From NCBI GenBank assembly GCA_015061315.1, contig SUWV01000009.1, positions 19,193 to 83,192 on the forward strand: a DNA stretch of 64,000 nt, read 5' to 3'. The notes under the pieces are model-generated. The model did no database searches. It was not told the DNA's origin and saw only the letters and a list, made by a program, of their open reading frames with translations. Origin of the DNA: Lentimicrobiaceae bacterium. GTDB taxonomy: Bacteria; Bacteroidota; Bacteroidia; Bacteroidales; F082. A program made the position numbers and the translations under genes. The first letter of the stretch is position 1; every line of letters starts with the position of its first letter. Below are positions 46,969 through 56,640 of the stretch, one piece after another.

Positions 46969-48927
46969 ATGAAAAAAATTGAGCTTTTATCGCCGGCGAA
47001 GAATCTTGAAGTAGGCATCGCGGCTATCAATCATGGCGCTGATGCTGTGTATATTGGCGGACCGAGTTTTGGTGCGAGAGAGAAAGTTGGTAACAGCATT
47101 GAAGATATTGAGACTCTGTGCAGACACGCGGCTCTCTTCGATGCTAAAGTATATGTCACGATGAATACTCTCTTGTTCGACAATGAGTTAGAAGATGCTC
47201 GCAAGCTCGCTTACGACTGCTGGAATGCTGGTGTCGATGCACTCATAGTCCAGGATATGGCGCTGCTGAATATGGATATGCCTCCTATCGCACTTCACGC
47301 TTCGACTCAATGTCATAATATTGACGCAGAGAAGGTTAAGTTCTTGGAAGACGTAGGATTTTCTCAAGTCGTTTTGGCGAGAGAATTAAGCATCGAACAG
47401 ATAAAAGACATTCGTTCTAAGACGACAGTTCCGTTAGAATATTTCGTTCACGGTGCCTTGTGCGTCTCGTATAGCGGACAATGTTATTTGAGTCACGTCA
47501 TCGGTGGACGTTCCGCTAACAGAGGTGCCTGCGCTCAGCCTTGCCGTCTCAGCTGGAATCTCGAAAATGCGGAAGGCAAACGCTTGGCTACCAACAGACA
47601 TCTTCTTTCTTTAAGAGATCTGAATAACTCTAAAAACATAGAAGAACTCATCGACGCCGGAATCTCTTCTTTTAAGATTGAAGGCAGGTTGAAAGATATT
47701 GACTACGTGAAAAATGTCACTGCCTTTTACAGAAAGAAAATCGACGAAATCATTGAACGTCGCGACGATATTTGCAGAAGCTCACGCGGCGAAAGCAATC
47801 CCTCTTTCTATCCAAATCCAGAGAAATCGTTTTCAAGAGGCTTCACCGACTATTTCATCCACGGAAGACAAAAATATATCGACGCTCCATATTCGCCTAA
47901 GTCGATGGGAGAATATCTCGGAACGATAGAAAAAGTCAAGAATAAGTCAGTGACTATCAGAACAGGAAAAACGCTTCATAACGGCGACGGACTTTGTTTC
48001 TTAGACAGAGAAAACAATCTTTTAGGATTTAATGTTAACGCCGTGGCGGAAAACAAAACACGTTCTTTGACTCAGACTGTTACGAGCAACTCTGACATTT
48101 CGATGGCAACGCGATTTAAGATTGAAGGCAGCAAGATTTTCAGAAACAGCGACCTTGTCTGGCAGAAGGAAGTCGAGAAATCGCAAGGTAACAGAAAGAT
48201 GAAAATAGACTTGATATTTACTGATACAGAAGACGGATTTGCCTTGTCAGCGAAATTACATGATACAGATTCAGAATATATCACGACATATTTATCTACC
48301 GAGAAAGAAATCGCCAACAATGCGGATAAGGCGTTGGAAAATATCAAGAATAAACTATCGCAATGGGGCGATACGGAATTTGTGGTGGAGGAGTTTTGTT
48401 TTGGTCAACAAGACAACGAGACAACAAGTCACCGAGATGTGGAGTTGCAGAAATTTCCCGTAGAGACATACGGACGTATGTCTTATTTTATTAGGGCATC
48501 AGTTCTCGGTGAGATGAAAAAAGATTTGGTCGAGAAGCTACGTTCATATCTCATTGAGAAACATCGTGATGAAAGAGAACGTAGAGATGTCACTCCTGTA
48601 GAGACGTACGGACGTACGTCTTCACAACAAAATGTAATTTATCCTAAAGAACATCTTTCATATCTCGGCAATGTCATCAACAAGAAAGCGAGAGAGTTTT
48701 ACGAGCTTCATGGTGTGAAAGATATTGAAGACGGTTTGGAGAAAATCAAATCTAATGACGAGCTTGTTGTGATGACGACGAAACATTGTATTCGTTACGC
48801 TAATAATATATGTAGCAAGGAGATAGGGAAGCCAGCGACATCCTTATATTTGGTCAACGACAAAGGACGCTTCCGTCTCGATTTCGATTGCAGAAATTGT
48901 TGCATGAAAGTGATAAAAGAAAAATAA
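46969..48927 (+). CDS. peptidase U32 family protein (long form with a C-terminal extension)
   Basis: ELLSPA, GADAVYIGG, FVHGALCVSYSGQCYLS and SANRGACAQPCR are U32 signatures. The 652-aa product contains repeat-derived segments (see findings). Confidence 0.85.
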   Translation: MKKIELLSPAKNLEVGIAAINHGADAVYIGGPSFGAREKVGNSIEDIETLCRHAALFDAKVYVTMNTLLFDNELEDARKLAYDCWNAGVDALIVQDMALLNMDMPPIALHASTQCHNIDAEKVKFLEDVGFSQVVLARELSIEQIKDIRSKTTVPLEYFVHGALCVSYSGQCYLSHVIGGRSANRGACAQPCRLSWNLENAEGKRLATNRHLLSLRDLNNSKNIEELIDAGISSFKIEGRLKDIDYVKNVTAFYRKKIDEIIERRDDICRSSRGESNPSFYPNPEKSFSRGFTDYFIHGRQKYIDAPYSPKSMGEYLGTIEKVKNKSVTIRTGKTLHNGDGLCFLDRENNLLGFNVNAVAENKTRSLTQTVTSNSDISMATRFKIEGSKIFRNSDLVWQKEVEKSQGNRKMKIDLIFTDTEDGFALSAKLHDTDSEYITTYLSTEKEIANNADKALENIKNKLSQWGDTEFVVEEFCFGQQDNETTSHRDVELQKFPVETYGRMSYFIRASVLGEMKKDLVEKLRSYLIEKHRDERERRDVTPVETYGRTSSQQNVIYPKEHLSYLGNVINKKAREFYELHGVKDIEDGLEKIKSNDELVVMTTKHCIRYANNICSKEIGKPATSLYLVNDKGRFRLDFDCRNCCMKVIKEK

Positions 48928-48934
48928 AAATCAT

Positions 48935-48942
48935 TATTTTTG
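48935..48942 (+). promoter_or_regulatory. -7 box TATTTTTG upstream of aspS
   Basis: Matches TAnnTTTG 37 nt upstream of the ATG at 48979. Confidence 0.5.
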
Positions 48943-48978
48943 TAAGTCAAATTTTGAAATAACAAAAACAGATATAAT

Positions 48979-50739
48979 ATGTATAGAACACATACTTGCG
49001 GTGAACTTCGTCTTGCCGATGCAGGTAAGGAAGTCGTTTTGAGCGGTTGGGTGCAACGCGTACGTGACAAAGGCACTCTCATTTGGATTGACATTCGCGA
49101 CAGATACGGATTGACACAGCTATTCTTACAAGAAGGCGTCACTTCGGCAGAAGTCATAGAGAAAGCTCGTACCTTAGGACGTGAGTTCGTTATCCAAGCT
49201 AAAGGTAAAGTCATTGAAAGAGAATCGAAAAACCCTAATATCCCAACAGGAGAAATCGAGTTACAGCTTACAGAACTCAATATCTTGAATGCAAGTAAGA
49301 CTCCTCCTTTCACTATTGAAGACAAATCAGATGGCGGCGACGACCTTCGTATGAAATATCGTTACTTAGACTTACGTCGTAATCCTTTGAAGAACAATCT
49401 TATCTTACGTCATAACGTGGCTATCGAGACAAGAAGCTATCTCTCAGAACAAGGATTTATCGAAATTGAAACTCCATGTTTGATTAAATCGACACCTGAA
49501 GGAGCTCGCGACTTCGTCGTTCCATCACGTATGAATCCAGGTGAATTCTACGCTCTTCCTCAGTCACCTCAACAATTTAAGCAATTATTGATGGTCGCTG
49601 GTTTCGACAAATATTTCCAGATAGTTCGTTGTTTCCGCGATGAAGACCTTCGTGCCGACCGTCAACCAGAATTTACACAGATTGACTGCGAGATGTCGTT
49701 CGTAGAACAAGAAGACGTCTTGAACACTTTTGAAGGTCTGACAAAACATCTCTTCAAGAAAGTCAAAGGATTAGAGTTCGATAAGTTCCCACGTATGACA
49801 TGGCACGACGCTATGAAATATTACGGCAGCGACAAGCCAGACATCCGTTTCGATATGAAATTCGTCGAGCTTACCGACTTAGCACAAGGTAAGGGATTCC
49901 CAGTATTCGACGACGCTGAGTTAGTGGTCGCTATCAACGCAAAAGGCTGCGCATCATACACACGCAAGCAAATCGACGCCTTGACAGATTTCGTCAAGAG
50001 ACCACAAGTAGGAGCTAAAGGTTTGGTTTACGTAAAATATAACGAAGACGGCAGCATAAAATCATCGGTCGATAAATTCTATTCACCAGAAGATTTGAAG
50101 ACATGGATAGACCGTTGCGGTGCAGTAGCAGGCGATATGTTGTTAATTCTCTGTGGCAAGACAATGGAAACAAGAGTTCAGATGAACTCCTTACGTCTCG
50201 AGATGGGTAACCAATTAGGACTTCGCAATCCAGACGATTACAAGCCATTATGGGTTATCGACTTCCCGCTTTTGGAATGGGACGAAGAGACACAAAGATA
50301 TTACGCAAAACACCATCCATTCACTGCGCCTAAGCCAGAAGACGAATATCTCTTAGACGAAGAGCCAAGCAGATGGGCAGAGATCAGAGCTAACGCTTAC
50401 GACATCGTCCTCAACGGCGTTGAAATCGGAGGCGGCTCGGTACGTATCTTCAACCGCGACTTACAAAACAAGATGTTCCGCACATTAGGCTTCACCGACG
50501 AAAGCGCACAATCGCAGTTCGGCTTCTTGATGAACGCCTTTGAATACGGAGCACCACCACACGCAGGATTGGCATTCGGCTTCGACAGACTTTGCTCATT
50601 GTTCGGCGGACAAGAAAGCATCCGCGACTTCATCGCCTTCCCTAAGAACAATATGGGTCGCGACGTGATGACAGAATCGCCTTCTACAATAGCCGATGCT
50701 CAATTAGAAGAGTTACAGATAAAATTAGATTTGAAATAA
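48979..50739 (+). CDS. aspS: aspartate--tRNA ligase
   Basis: [11 protein letters not shown], the class II motifs [16 protein letters not shown], and GGGSVRI...GLAFGFDR. Confidence 0.95.
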   Translation: MYRTHTCGELRLADAGKEVVLSGWVQRVRDKGTLIWIDIRDRYGLTQLFLQEGVTSAEVIEKARTLGREFVIQAKGKVIERESKNPNIPTGEIELQLTELNILNASKTPPFTIEDKSDGGDDLRMKYRYLDLRRNPLKNNLILRHNVAIETRSYLSEQGFIEIETPCLIKSTPEGARDFVVPSRMNPGEFYALPQSPQQFKQLLMVAGFDKYFQIVRCFRDEDLRADRQPEFTQIDCEMSFVEQEDVLNTFEGLTKHLFKKVKGLEFDKFPRMTWHDAMKYYGSDKPDIRFDMKFVELTDLAQGKGFPVFDDAELVVAINAKGCASYTRKQIDALTDFVKRPQVGAKGLVYVKYNEDGSIKSSVDKFYSPEDLKTWIDRCGAVAGDMLLILCGKTMETRVQMNSLRLEMGNQLGLRNPDDYKPLWVIDFPLLEWDEETQRYYAKHHPFTAPKPEDEYLLDEEPSRWAEIRANAYDIVLNGVEIGGGSVRIFNRDLQNKMFRTLGFTDESAQSQFGFLMNAFEYGAPPHAGLAFGFDRLCSLFGGQESIRDFIAFPKNNMGRDVMTESPSTIADAQLEELQIKLDLK

Positions 50740-50749
50740 TATGTATCTT

Positions 50750-50777
50750 GTAGAGACGCACAGCCGTGCGTCTTTAC
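50750..50777. repeat. TAGAGACG-family hairpin between aspS and pfkA
   Basis: GTAGAGACGCAC-agcc-GTGCGTCTTTAC is a 12-bp stem with one mismatch. Confidence 0.75.
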
Positions 50778-50803
50778 GTGAGATACGATAAATAACGACC
50801 AAA

Positions 50804-51898
50804 ATGAAACGAGTATTAGTATTAACAGGCGGCGGCGATTGTCCAGGTTTGAATGCCGTGATAAGAGCCATCGTGAAGAGAGCCTCGCAGGAAAAAGACT
50901 GGGAAGTCCTCGGCAGCATACAAGCCTTCAACGGAGTGCTATGGGAGCCATCAGAGATAGTGCGACTCACTCCTGAGACTGTGAGAGGAATACACTTCAG
51001 AGGCGGAACCATTTTAGAGACAACTAACAAAGGAGGCCCGTTCTCGTGGCCGGTGAAAAACAACGACGGCACTTGGACAACGGTAGATCGCTCCGATGAG
51101 ATGATCAAGAAACTGCAGTATATGGGCATCGACTGCGTCATCAATATCGGCGGTGACGGCTCGCAAAGAATATCAAAGAAGTTATTCGACAAAGGACTTA
51201 ATATAATAGGTGTTCCAAAGACTATCGATAACGACTTATCTATGACCGACAGCACTTTTGGTTATCAGACTGCCGTCGAGATAGCCACCGAGGCAGTAGA
51301 TAAGTTAGTCACAACGGCAGCAAGTCACAACCGCGTTTTTGTATTAGAGGTGATGGGTCGCGACGCCGGATGGATTGCTTTAAACGCAGCCGTTGCTGGC
51401 GGAGCGGAGGTGTGTCTCCTTCCAGAATTTCCTTACGACATAGAGAAAGTAAAAGAGAAGTTAGAGAGCCGCTTCGTCAATGACAGAGGTTTCGCTGTTG
51501 TTGTCATCTCTGAAGGCGCTAAGCCTAAAGACGGACAGCAGGTGTTTGAAGTCAGCAAGGAAGTAGGTTATGAAAACGTGAAACTTGGTGGCATCGGACA
51601 GAAGTTCATCGAGCAGATGAAAGCCGCAGGATTCAAACACGATATGCGCGAGACCACATTAGGTCACTTGCAAAGAGGCGGTGTGCCAATAGCATACGAC
51701 AGAGTGTTGGCATCGCAATTTGGCGTCAAAGCATTCGAGATGGTGTTGAATCAGGAATACGGAAATATGGTAGCTTATCGTCATCCGAATATTATCTCAG
51801 TACCTTTGAAAGACGCCGTCGCTAAGATGAATCTCGTCACCGAAGAACACGACTTAGTCAGAACCGCGAAAGGACTTGGAATCTCGTTGGGAATATAA
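50804..51898 (+). CDS. pfkA: 6-phosphofructokinase
   Basis: LTGGGDCPGLNAVIR, IGGDGS, PKTIDNDL and MGRDAG. Confidence 0.9.
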   Translation: MKRVLVLTGGGDCPGLNAVIRAIVKRASQEKDWEVLGSIQAFNGVLWEPSEIVRLTPETVRGIHFRGGTILETTNKGGPFSWPVKNNDGTWTTVDRSDEMIKKLQYMGIDCVINIGGDGSQRISKKLFDKGLNIIGVPKTIDNDLSMTDSTFGYQTAVEIATEAVDKLVTTAASHNRVFVLEVMGRDAGWIALNAAVAGGAEVCLLPEFPYDIEKVKEKLESRFVNDRGFAVVVISEGAKPKDGQQVFEVSKEVGYENVKLGGIGQKFIEQMKAAGFKHDMRETTLGHLQRGGVPIAYDRVLASQFGVKAFEMVLNQEYGNMVAYRHPNIISVPLKDAVAKMNLVTEEHDLVRTAKGLGISLGI

Positions 51899-51918
51899 GA
51901 AATTGAGAATCTGAGAAA

Positions 51919-51979
51919 CTGAGAATCTGAGAAATTGAGAAATTTTCAGATTTTCAAGTTTTCAGATTTTCAGTTTTTT
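51919..51979 (+). terminator. intrinsic terminator of pfkA built from word repeats
   Basis: The left arm at 51919-51941 (CTGAGAATCTGAGAAATTGAGAA) pairs with the right arm at 51951-51973 (TTTTCAAGTTTTCAGATTTTCAG). The stem is 23 positions with three G-U pairs and one mismatch. The loop is 9 nt and is followed by T6. Confidence 0.7.
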
Positions 51980-53237
51980 ATAATATATTCATCCTATTAG
52001 CGTCTTGTTTTAGGAAGACGAAGAACATAAGACTGAACATCAATAGGCTTGATCCGCCGTAGCTGAGGAATGGCAATGGTATTCCGATGACAGGCATCAA
52101 GCCTATTGTCATTCCTATGTTGACGAAGAGATGGAAGAATATTATCGAGGCAATGGCATAGCCGTAAATTCTGCTAAAAGAGGAGCGCTGTCGTTCCGCG
52201 AGCCATATTATCCTCATCAGTAAGGCAAGATAAAGCGAAAGCAAAACAAAAGAACCAATAAAACCAAACTCCTCCCCTATCGTACAGAAAATAAAGTCGG
52301 TATGTTGTTCAGGGACGAAGTTGTATTTCGTCATCGTGCCTTGCATATAACCTTTGCCAGAGAAACCTCCTGAGCCAATGGCGATCTTCGACTGATGCAG
52401 GTTATATCCCACGCCATAAATATCTTTTTCGACACCTAATATGATATTGATACGAGTTCTTTGATGTTGTTTCAAGACCTTATAAAAGAAGAAATCAACG
52501 GAGAAAACCATCACGGCTGCCACAGAAAATATCGCTATTAACTTCCAAATATTCTTCTTATTTCTTTCAATGAAGAACATCGTGACGGCAAATAGAACTG
52601 CCAAGCCTATCAGCACATACCACTTAGAAAAATATAAGGTCAGGAGAAACAAAATCACTGCAGCTAATCCTATCAGCAGTATATTACCCGACATCCCCTC
52701 GCGATAGAAGACGAGGATAAAAACGAGGAACACGAGTGCTGAACCAGCATCGCCTTGTAGCAAGACGAGCATCATAGGAAACAGCACCAAAGCGTAGGCT
52801 ATCATCTGTGTCTTGAATTTAGAGAAGTCTGTGTTGATGTCACCGAGATAGTGTGCCACTGCCAATGCTGTCCCGAATTTGGCAAACTCTGAAGGCTGGA
52901 ATGAGAAGCCGCCGAACTGTATCCATGAACGCGAGCCCGCTATGGTGGAGCCCGCCACAAGGACATAAATCAATAATAATATTGAAATGCCATAGATTAT
53001 GTAAGCAAAAGTATTGAAGAACTTAGCATCGATGAGCATTATGATGAGACCCATAAAAAGACTCAACATAAGGAAAAGCGCCTGCTTGCCATAATGCTGC
53101 GACATGTCGAAGATACTAGGATTGTTCTCGTTGAAAGCCGCCGCGTAAATCGTTGAAATGCCGATAGCAGCCAAAATGAGATATATCGCAAGTATCCACC
53201 AGTCAATCTTTCCTACTATGTTGTTTCGTGTTGTCAT
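51978..53237 (-). CDS. rodA: rod shape-determining protein RodA (SEDS family)
   Basis: A 419-aa polytopic protein with QPSEFAK and PFLSYGGSS motifs. It lies downstream of mrdA. Confidence 0.9.
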   Translation of the reverse strand: MTTRNNIVGKIDWWILAIYLILAAIGISTIYAAAFNENNPSIFDMSQHYGKQALFLMLSLFMGLIIMLIDAKFFNTFAYIIYGISILLLIYVLVAGSTIAGSRSWIQFGGFSFQPSEFAKFGTALAVAHYLGDINTDFSKFKTQMIAYALVLFPMMLVLLQGDAGSALVFLVFILVFYREGMSGNILLIGLAAVILFLLTLYFSKWYVLIGLAVLFAVTMFFIERNKKNIWKLIAIFSVAAVMVFSVDFFFYKVLKQHQRTRINIILGVEKDIYGVGYNLHQSKIAIGSGGFSGKGYMQGTMTKYNFVPEQHTDFIFCTIGEEFGFIGSFVLLSLYLALLMRIIWLAERQRSSFSRIYGYAIASIIFFHLFVNIGMTIGLMPVIGIPLPFLSYGGSSLLMFSLMFFVFLKQDANRMNIL

Positions 53238-53240
53238 GAT

Positions 53241-53372
53241 CAGTCTAAAGTCTACGGATTATTTAAGTCAATAAGTAGAGACGTGACACATTACACCTGT
53301 AAAAATGAAAGAGATGTAATTGGTGCGTCTCTCATTGTTTCTCAGATTCTCAGATTTTCAATTTCTCAGATT
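53241..53372. repeat. composite intergenic repeat, copy B (AGTCTAA tract / TTAAGTCAATAAG / TAGAGACG hairpin / CAGATTYT tract)
   Basis: Colinear with 984-1182. The hairpin is TAGAGACGTGACACATTACACC (53276-53297) ... GATGTAATTGGTGCGTCTCT (53313-53332). Confidence 0.8.
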
Positions 53373-55174
53373 CATTCTATAAACCGTTTCTCTTTATTTG
53401 TATTTTTAATATAACCTCTTAAATATTTCTCTATCATCAGGCTTGCCATCGGTGCTGCCCATTGGGAGCCGAAGCCAGCGTTTTCCACTACGACGGCAAT
53501 AGCTATTTTCGGGTTGTCGGCTGGAGCGAATCCCATGAAGAGTGAGTGGTCGTCGCCATGAGGGTTCTCTGCCGTACCAGTCTTACCAGCCACTTGAATG
53601 TCGTCAATCTTGGAGAAACGCGCTGTGCCGCTTTCGCCTTCAAAGACACGGCACATACCTACTTTCACATCCTTAAAATGCTGAACCTTAATATCTATGA
53701 TTTTCTTTGTCGTCATGATAGAATCTATAGGGCTGCCATCGCTGAACGACTTGATGAGATGAGGAGGATAATAAAAACCTTCGTTGCCAATAGCGGCAGC
53801 CATATTAGCGAGTTGCAATGGTGTCGCTAAAATCTCACCTTGACCTATGCTCAGCGATCTCACCGTCATAGAATTCCAAACGCCTCTGTACATCTTGTTG
53901 TAAAAGGAACTCTTAGGTATATTACCTGCAACTTCCGATGGCAGGTCGGTCTTGAAGGTAGAGCCGAGACCGAAGCTCGTCACCAAGTCGTACCAATAAG
54001 CGTAAGCTTCTTTAGATGAAGCAAATTTCGGTGATGCGAACATCTCACGGAATGTCTCCCAAAAATAAGGATTACACGAATTTTCTATAGCCTCATAGAG
54101 AGCCACGGGACTGTTATGATAATGCGTGCATCTTATAGGCTGACTCTCGGGACCGTTGCAAGGGAAAACGGAATTTTTGTTGACGACGCCGCTTTGTAAT
54201 ACAACCAAGCCATTGACCATTTTGAAAGTAGAGCCTGGAGGATAGATGCCACTGGTGGCACGGTTGACGAGAGGCTTCAAGGTGTCGTTGAGAAGCTTCA
54301 TATAATTCTCGCCGCGCACTCTTCCCACGAGCTCATTAGGATCGTAGGAAGGACTTGTCACCATTGCAAGTATCTGTCCTGTAGAAGGTTCTATAGCGAC
54401 GATAGAACCTATTTTGTTTTTCAAGAGAGCCTCGCCATATTGCTGTAACTCGGCATCGAGACCAAGATATATGTCCTTACCTGGAACAGGAAGAGTATCG
54501 AACTGACCGTCCATAAAGCTTTCCTTCTCGCGATTATGGACATCGACGACGATAATCTTCAGACCCTTCTCTCCGCGCAGTTCTTTTTCATAATAATATT
54601 CCAAACCCGACTTGCCAATATAGTCGCCAGATTTATAGTAAGAGTCTCTCTCCAAATCTTTTTTATCGACTTCGCCGATATTACCTAAGGTGTGAGCTGC
54701 GATGGGATAAGGATAGCTTCTGACGGAACGTGTCTGAAAATAAAACCCTTGAAAATTATGAAGGTTCTCAGCTATCTTACCATATTCCTCTTTCGTTATC
54801 TGCGCCATGAAGACAGACGGACTGAATGACGAATAACGTCTTGCCTTCGACATCCTCTCTTTGAAAAAATCGGCAGTGATATTTAGACTCGAGCAAAAAG
54901 CAAGAGTATCGATCTTTTTCACCTGACGCGGTATCACCATCAAATCGTAGATGGCTTCATTATAAACCAAGAGATTACCGTTCCTATCATAAATCTTACC
55001 TCGAGCTGGATATTTGGTGATATAGCGTAAGGTGTTGTTATCGGAAGAACGTTTATACGACTGATCCACAATCTGTATCATAAAAAGCTTAACCAAAAGA
55101 ACTATGACGACGATGGCAAAAATAGCCATTATCACATATTTCCTCGACGAATAATTAACTCTTTTTATGATCAT
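53372..55174 (-). CDS. mrdA: penicillin-binding protein 2 (elongasome transpeptidase)
   Basis: PGSTFK (SxxK), SCN (SxN) and KTGTA (KTG). The N-terminal TM begins at MIIKRVNYSSRKYVIMAIFAIVVIVLL, with the ATG at 55174. The TTG-initiated extension is rejected. Confidence 0.9.
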   Translation of the reverse strand: MIIKRVNYSSRKYVIMAIFAIVVIVLLVKLFMIQIVDQSYKRSSDNNTLRYITKYPARGKIYDRNGNLLVYNEAIYDLMVIPRQVKKIDTLAFCSSLNITADFFKERMSKARRYSSFSPSVFMAQITKEEYGKIAENLHNFQGFYFQTRSVRSYPYPIAAHTLGNIGEVDKKDLERDSYYKSGDYIGKSGLEYYYEKELRGEKGLKIIVVDVHNREKESFMDGQFDTLPVPGKDIYLGLDAELQQYGEALLKNKIGSIVAIEPSTGQILAMVTSPSYDPNELVGRVRGENYMKLLNDTLKPLVNRATSGIYPPGSTFKMVNGLVVLQSGVVNKNSVFPCNGPESQPIRCTHYHNSPVALYEAIENSCNPYFWETFREMFASPKFASSKEAYAYWYDLVTSFGLGSTFKTDLPSEVAGNIPKSSFYNKMYRGVWNSMTVRSLSIGQGEILATPLQLANMAAAIGNEGFYYPPHLIKSFSDGSPIDSIMTTKKIIDIKVQHFKDVKVGMCRVFEGESGTARFSKIDDIQVAGKTGTAENPHGDDHSLFMGFAPADNPKIAIAVVVENAGFGSQWAAPMASLMIEKYLRGYIKNTNKEKRFIE

Positions 55175-55210
55175 GAAATAAGTCTTAAAATTTACCGAAA
55201 ATTGAGATAA

Positions 55211-55218
55211 CAAAATTA
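55211..55218 (-). promoter_or_regulatory. -7 box TAATTTTG (minus strand) for mrdA-rodA
   Basis: The reverse complement of CAAAATTA lies 37 nt upstream of the ATG at 55174. Confidence 0.5.
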
Positions 55219-55291
55219 TAAAAAAACATTCATTTACTTGCAAAAGGAAACGAAAAAAGTTTTATATTCGCAGATTATTAAGATAATTATC

Positions 55292-55786
55292 ATGCGTAAG
55301 ATTTCGAGTATTTTATTTCTGATGTTATTCGCTTTTATATCATGTACAGAAACACATGATAACGTCGTGATTTCAAAGAACTTTACCAATCATGAATGGG
55401 GTCGTTTTGAGTATCTTAAAGGAATTTTAGACATTAAAAAAGCGCCTCAGGAATATGATATAATAATGGAAATTGTCGTTGATGATATTTATCCGAATCC
55501 ATACGAGGCACATCAGACGGAATGTTTTTTACCTTTCAACCTGACTATCAAGAATCCTGATGATAACGGGAAACGTTCCAAAGACTATAGATTTATGCTC
55601 AAAGATAAGGACGGCAATTGGAAAGCAGAAGAGAAAAACGGACTTTATACATTTAAATTGCCAGTAATAGAAGAAATGACATTCAGTGAAAAGGGAACAT
55701 ATAATTTCGTGATAGAGAATAAATATTCAAAAGATCCATTATATGGAATAAAGTCGATGACTTTGAAATGTATCAAATCAAAATAA
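55292..55786 (+). CDS. small lipoprotein, possibly GldH-like
   Basis: The ATG at 55292 gives MRKISSILFLMLFAFISCTE (lipobox). The size and spacing of W / Y-D-I / Y-P-N / N-L-T-I / D-G features loosely resemble gliding-motility lipoprotein GldH. This rests on memory-based similarity only. Confidence 0.35.
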   Translation: MRKISSILFLMLFAFISCTETHDNVVISKNFTNHEWGRFEYLKGILDIKKAPQEYDIIMEIVVDDIYPNPYEAHQTECFLPFNLTIKNPDDNGKRSKDYRFMLKDKDGNWKAEEKNGLYTFKLPVIEEMTFSEKGTYNFVIENKYSKDPLYGIKSMTLKCIKSK

Positions 55787-55800
55787 GAAAATTTTAAATT

Positions 55801-56622
55801 ATGAAAAAGATAGTATTTGTATTATTAGCCATGTCAGTGATGGCAATCTCGATGTTCACTTCATGTGTATCGCAGAAAAAGATTTTGTATTTGCAAAATG
55901 AACAAATGTTAAACGACAGCGTATTCATGTCTATAGAATATCCCAATGAACGTACGTTCAACTATAAGGTACAACCTGGCGATAACCTCTACATCAGAAT
56001 AGCTAGTCTTGACGAAAAGTTCGCTGCTTATTTTAATTTCATGAATCAAGGTGGAAGCCTTATGAGTTCTAGCACTCAATACAGTAGTGGCAACGCATCA
56101 ATCTATCTCAATGGATATACTGTCGGAGCCGACGGCAACATCGACCTTCCTTTTGTCGGCGATGTATTTGTCAAAAATTTGACCGTAGATGAGATACAAG
56201 TCAAGGTTCAGGAAATCATGAACGAGTATCTTAAAGAGACTGTGGTATATGTCAAGTTAGGAGTCTTCAACCTCACCATATTAGGAGAAGTGTTAAGACC
56301 TGGTCAATATCAAATTTATCAGTCAGACATCAATTTATTCCAAGCATTAGCATTGGCAGGTAACGCCACAGATTTCGCAAACAAGTCTAACATAAAGATT
56401 ATACACCAAACATCTAAAGGCTCACAGATAGTGAGAGTTAATCTCAACGAAGCCGATGTCTTATCATCACCAGATTTCTATCTGAAGCCAAACGACATCA
56501 TCTACGTAGAACCACTTAAAACCAAACAGTTCGGATTTACTAGCGTACCTTACGGAACCATTATCTCCGCAATTTCATTGTTAGTAACTTGCTTCACTTT
56601 CGTCATTGTTTATCTCAAGTAA
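55801..56622 (+). CDS. wza: polysaccharide export outer-membrane protein (Wza-like; Poly_export + SLBB)
   Basis: The lipobox is MFTSCVS. It has the YKVQPGDNLYIRI (PES motif region) and SLBB-like GEVLRPGQY. Confidence 0.8.
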   Translation: MKKIVFVLLAMSVMAISMFTSCVSQKKILYLQNEQMLNDSVFMSIEYPNERTFNYKVQPGDNLYIRIASLDEKFAAYFNFMNQGGSLMSSSTQYSSGNASIYLNGYTVGADGNIDLPFVGDVFVKNLTVDEIQVKVQEIMNEYLKETVVYVKLGVFNLTILGEVLRPGQYQIYQSDINLFQALALAGNATDFANKSNIKIIHQTSKGSQIVRVNLNEADVLSSPDFYLKPNDIIYVEPLKTKQFGFTSVPYGTIISAISLLVTCFTFVIVYLK

Positions 56623-56640
56623 AAAATAATAGCATTAGAT

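Noticed and set aside
48795-49325. 176-aa antisense ORF across the U32/aspS junction. Similar long antisense ORFs occur at 50725..51255, 35089..35598, 34224..34709, 60101..60532, 58101..58520, 27172..27525 and 8347..8748.
   Set aside because: All lie opposite confidently identified genes. They have low-complexity or Ser/Arg/Leu-rich translations and no recognisable motifs or promoter boxes. These are typical shadow ORFs.
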